This document shows, one piece after another, positions 62,198 through 64,000 of a DNA stretch of 64,000 nucleotides. This stretch comes from Tubulanus polymorphus (lineage: Eukaryota; Animalia; Nemertea). The notes beneath the pieces were generated by a model. It was given only the letters and a program-made list of their open reading frames with translations, was not told where the DNA came from and did no database searches. Position numbers and translations under genes: made by a program. The DNA lies in contig NC_134034.1 in the NCBI RefSeq assembly GCF_964204645.1, positions 6,360,914-6,424,913 on the forward strand. Direction: 5' to 3'. Position 1 is the stretch's first letter. Every line of letters begins with the position of its first letter.

Positions 62198-63585
62198 CAT
62201 TATGAGAATGCCGGTTTGCTAGCGTATCTATTTAACACCCGTATTGCTCGGGTTAGTTTTACTACCAACGGGAGGCGCTGTGTGTAAATTTTACATAAAT
62301 CAACGACTTCCGGCTATTAGCGGTACATAAGACCACTTGAAAACATCATAGTCAATTACGGTAGTAGTGAAAATAAAAAGTTACAGTTCGTTGTACAACA
62401 CCATAGCACCCATATAATACCACATACATTTTATTCAGACTAACGACTTAGTTAACACTGATCTTCATTTCCATTAATTAATGATCTGTTGAATTAATTA
62501 GTAATCCAGTCTTTCGGTGTTCGAGATAAAATGCCCGCAAAATAAGAACCAACGAACCAGGGCTGACCACAAATTGCCCAACAGATAAATTTTCGGAAAC
62601 GACACAATCATGTTTAGTATCAAATAACTCGTGGCGGTGTGGACCTTGGTCTATTAACTGACCAATGCATGACCAGTATTGGCTATATAGTAAATTATCT
62701 GTTTTGCAAACAATTAAGTTGTTTGGTGTCAAATAACTAGATATGATGTGGATATTAAACTAAAAATTGTTTAACTGACCAATGCTTGACCAGTACTGAC
62801 CAGTTACCACTAACTAGAACCCACCATAAGTAATTTATATGTTTACTTAAGCAATAAAATCGTGTTTGGGCGTCGAGCTACTAGATACGGTGCGGGCTAT
62901 GATCTAACAACTATTTAACTCACCAATTATTTACCAATACTGACCTTAAAGTAATTTGTTTATTCTAGAAGCAACACAGTCGTGTTTGGTGTCAACTAAT
63001 TAGAAATGGTGTGGGCTTTCATCTTACAACTATTCAAGTGACCGAATCTTGACCAATACTGATCACATAGCTATATGTATCTGTTTCGGAAACAACTTAG
63101 TCGTGTCTCGTATCAAATAATTTCATTAGGTCTGAACGAAAATATAACAACTCTTTTACCTGTACAAGCTACACCAGTACTGTCTAATTACCGGTTAAAT
63201 GTTTTTAGAAATAACACGGGGTATTGCCTGAATCCTTCGTTAGTACTACTCTTATTAAATGTGTCGCTTAAAAAGTCTTGTCCGATTTTTATTGTAAGAA
63301 GCGAGCTAACTTTGAAATTTCCCACTAACTGCAAAAGACTTTCACGTGGGGTTTTGAACGAACAACGTTTCGATTTGTAATTGTAACGTGCGCATTTGAG
63401 CCTGTAACGTGCACATTTCACTCGCGTGAACGTGCGTATCGGTACTATTATGCGAAACTTGTCAAACTTTTGCGTTCAAGACGTTTAAACTGAACACTAA
63501 AGAAGATATCATATCATATATATGAATAACGAATAGATGGAAGATAATGTAGTAGTTTTGAATGTTTCGTAACTGCTGTCCACTG
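62198..63585 (+). mobile_element. CATTATGAG-family element, subfamily 1 (upstream of enkurin)
   Basis: Inverted copy of 10787-11818 with extra internal tandem units (about 62830-63230). Confidence 0.8.
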
Positions 63586-64000
63586 CATTATGAGTTTTCC
63601 GGTTTGCTTGGCTACCCGTACTGGCGGGGTAGTCTAGAGAGGCCAATGAAAACTCCGGTTTGCTGAACCACCCCTCTTTGCGGGGGTGCGGTATGATGTT
63701 TGATCTGACAGTTTCAAGTGGTTAATGGCTGTTTCAAGTGCTTACAACGATGCTTATTACTTTCGTGGTACATGGTGTATTAAAAAAAGATTTCATAATA
63801 ATACGCTCACCGCGTGGGCTTCGTAGAAAGACCACTACCTGTGACCTTCCCAAATTTTAATTGTCCTGTCCGATTTGGTTTCATCCAATTCAGAGACTGC
63901 CTTTGCCAGTTAGGGCATTTTTGGATCACGTCACTCCAGGAAATGACTTAACGCTTTTGGGCCCCTTCGTCGGTTCCACATGTTTTATTTGAGCTATAGA
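63586..64000 (+). mobile_element. CATTATGAG-family element, subfamily 2 (runs off window)
   Basis: Direct near-identical copy of 5955-6368, abutting the subfamily 1 copy head-to-tail. Confidence 0.8.

Overview
AT-rich (roughly 35-37% GC) eukaryotic genomic DNA, most consistent with a marine invertebrate bilaterian; the species cannot be fixed from sequence alone. Two convergent spliced host genes can be fully reconstructed. SARNP/CIP29/Tho1 is on + (9 coding exons, 12293-46277, 336 aa) and enkurin is on - (4 coding exons, 61799-50707, 253 aa). The left end holds an apparently intact, intron-containing pogo/Fot-like DD35D transposase that runs off the window, and a decayed PHD-FLYWCH-MULE (Phantom-like) element. 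The rest is a dense mosaic of non-autonomous elements: Helentron-type HINEs with internal satellites, Harbinger, hAT, P-like, piggyBac and Tc1/pogo MITEs, SINEs, a Penelope-like palindrome and a LINE fragment. Two signals are not explained by feature lists. (1) There are pervasive 6-bp TA-to-TAGGCCTA and TA-to-TACCGGTA micro-insertions. They are shown directly by filled/empty comparisons between repeat copies and match the excision footprints predicted for TA-targeting elements present in the window. (2) The same set of repeat families lies in mirror-image order around the first exons of the two unrelated genes.
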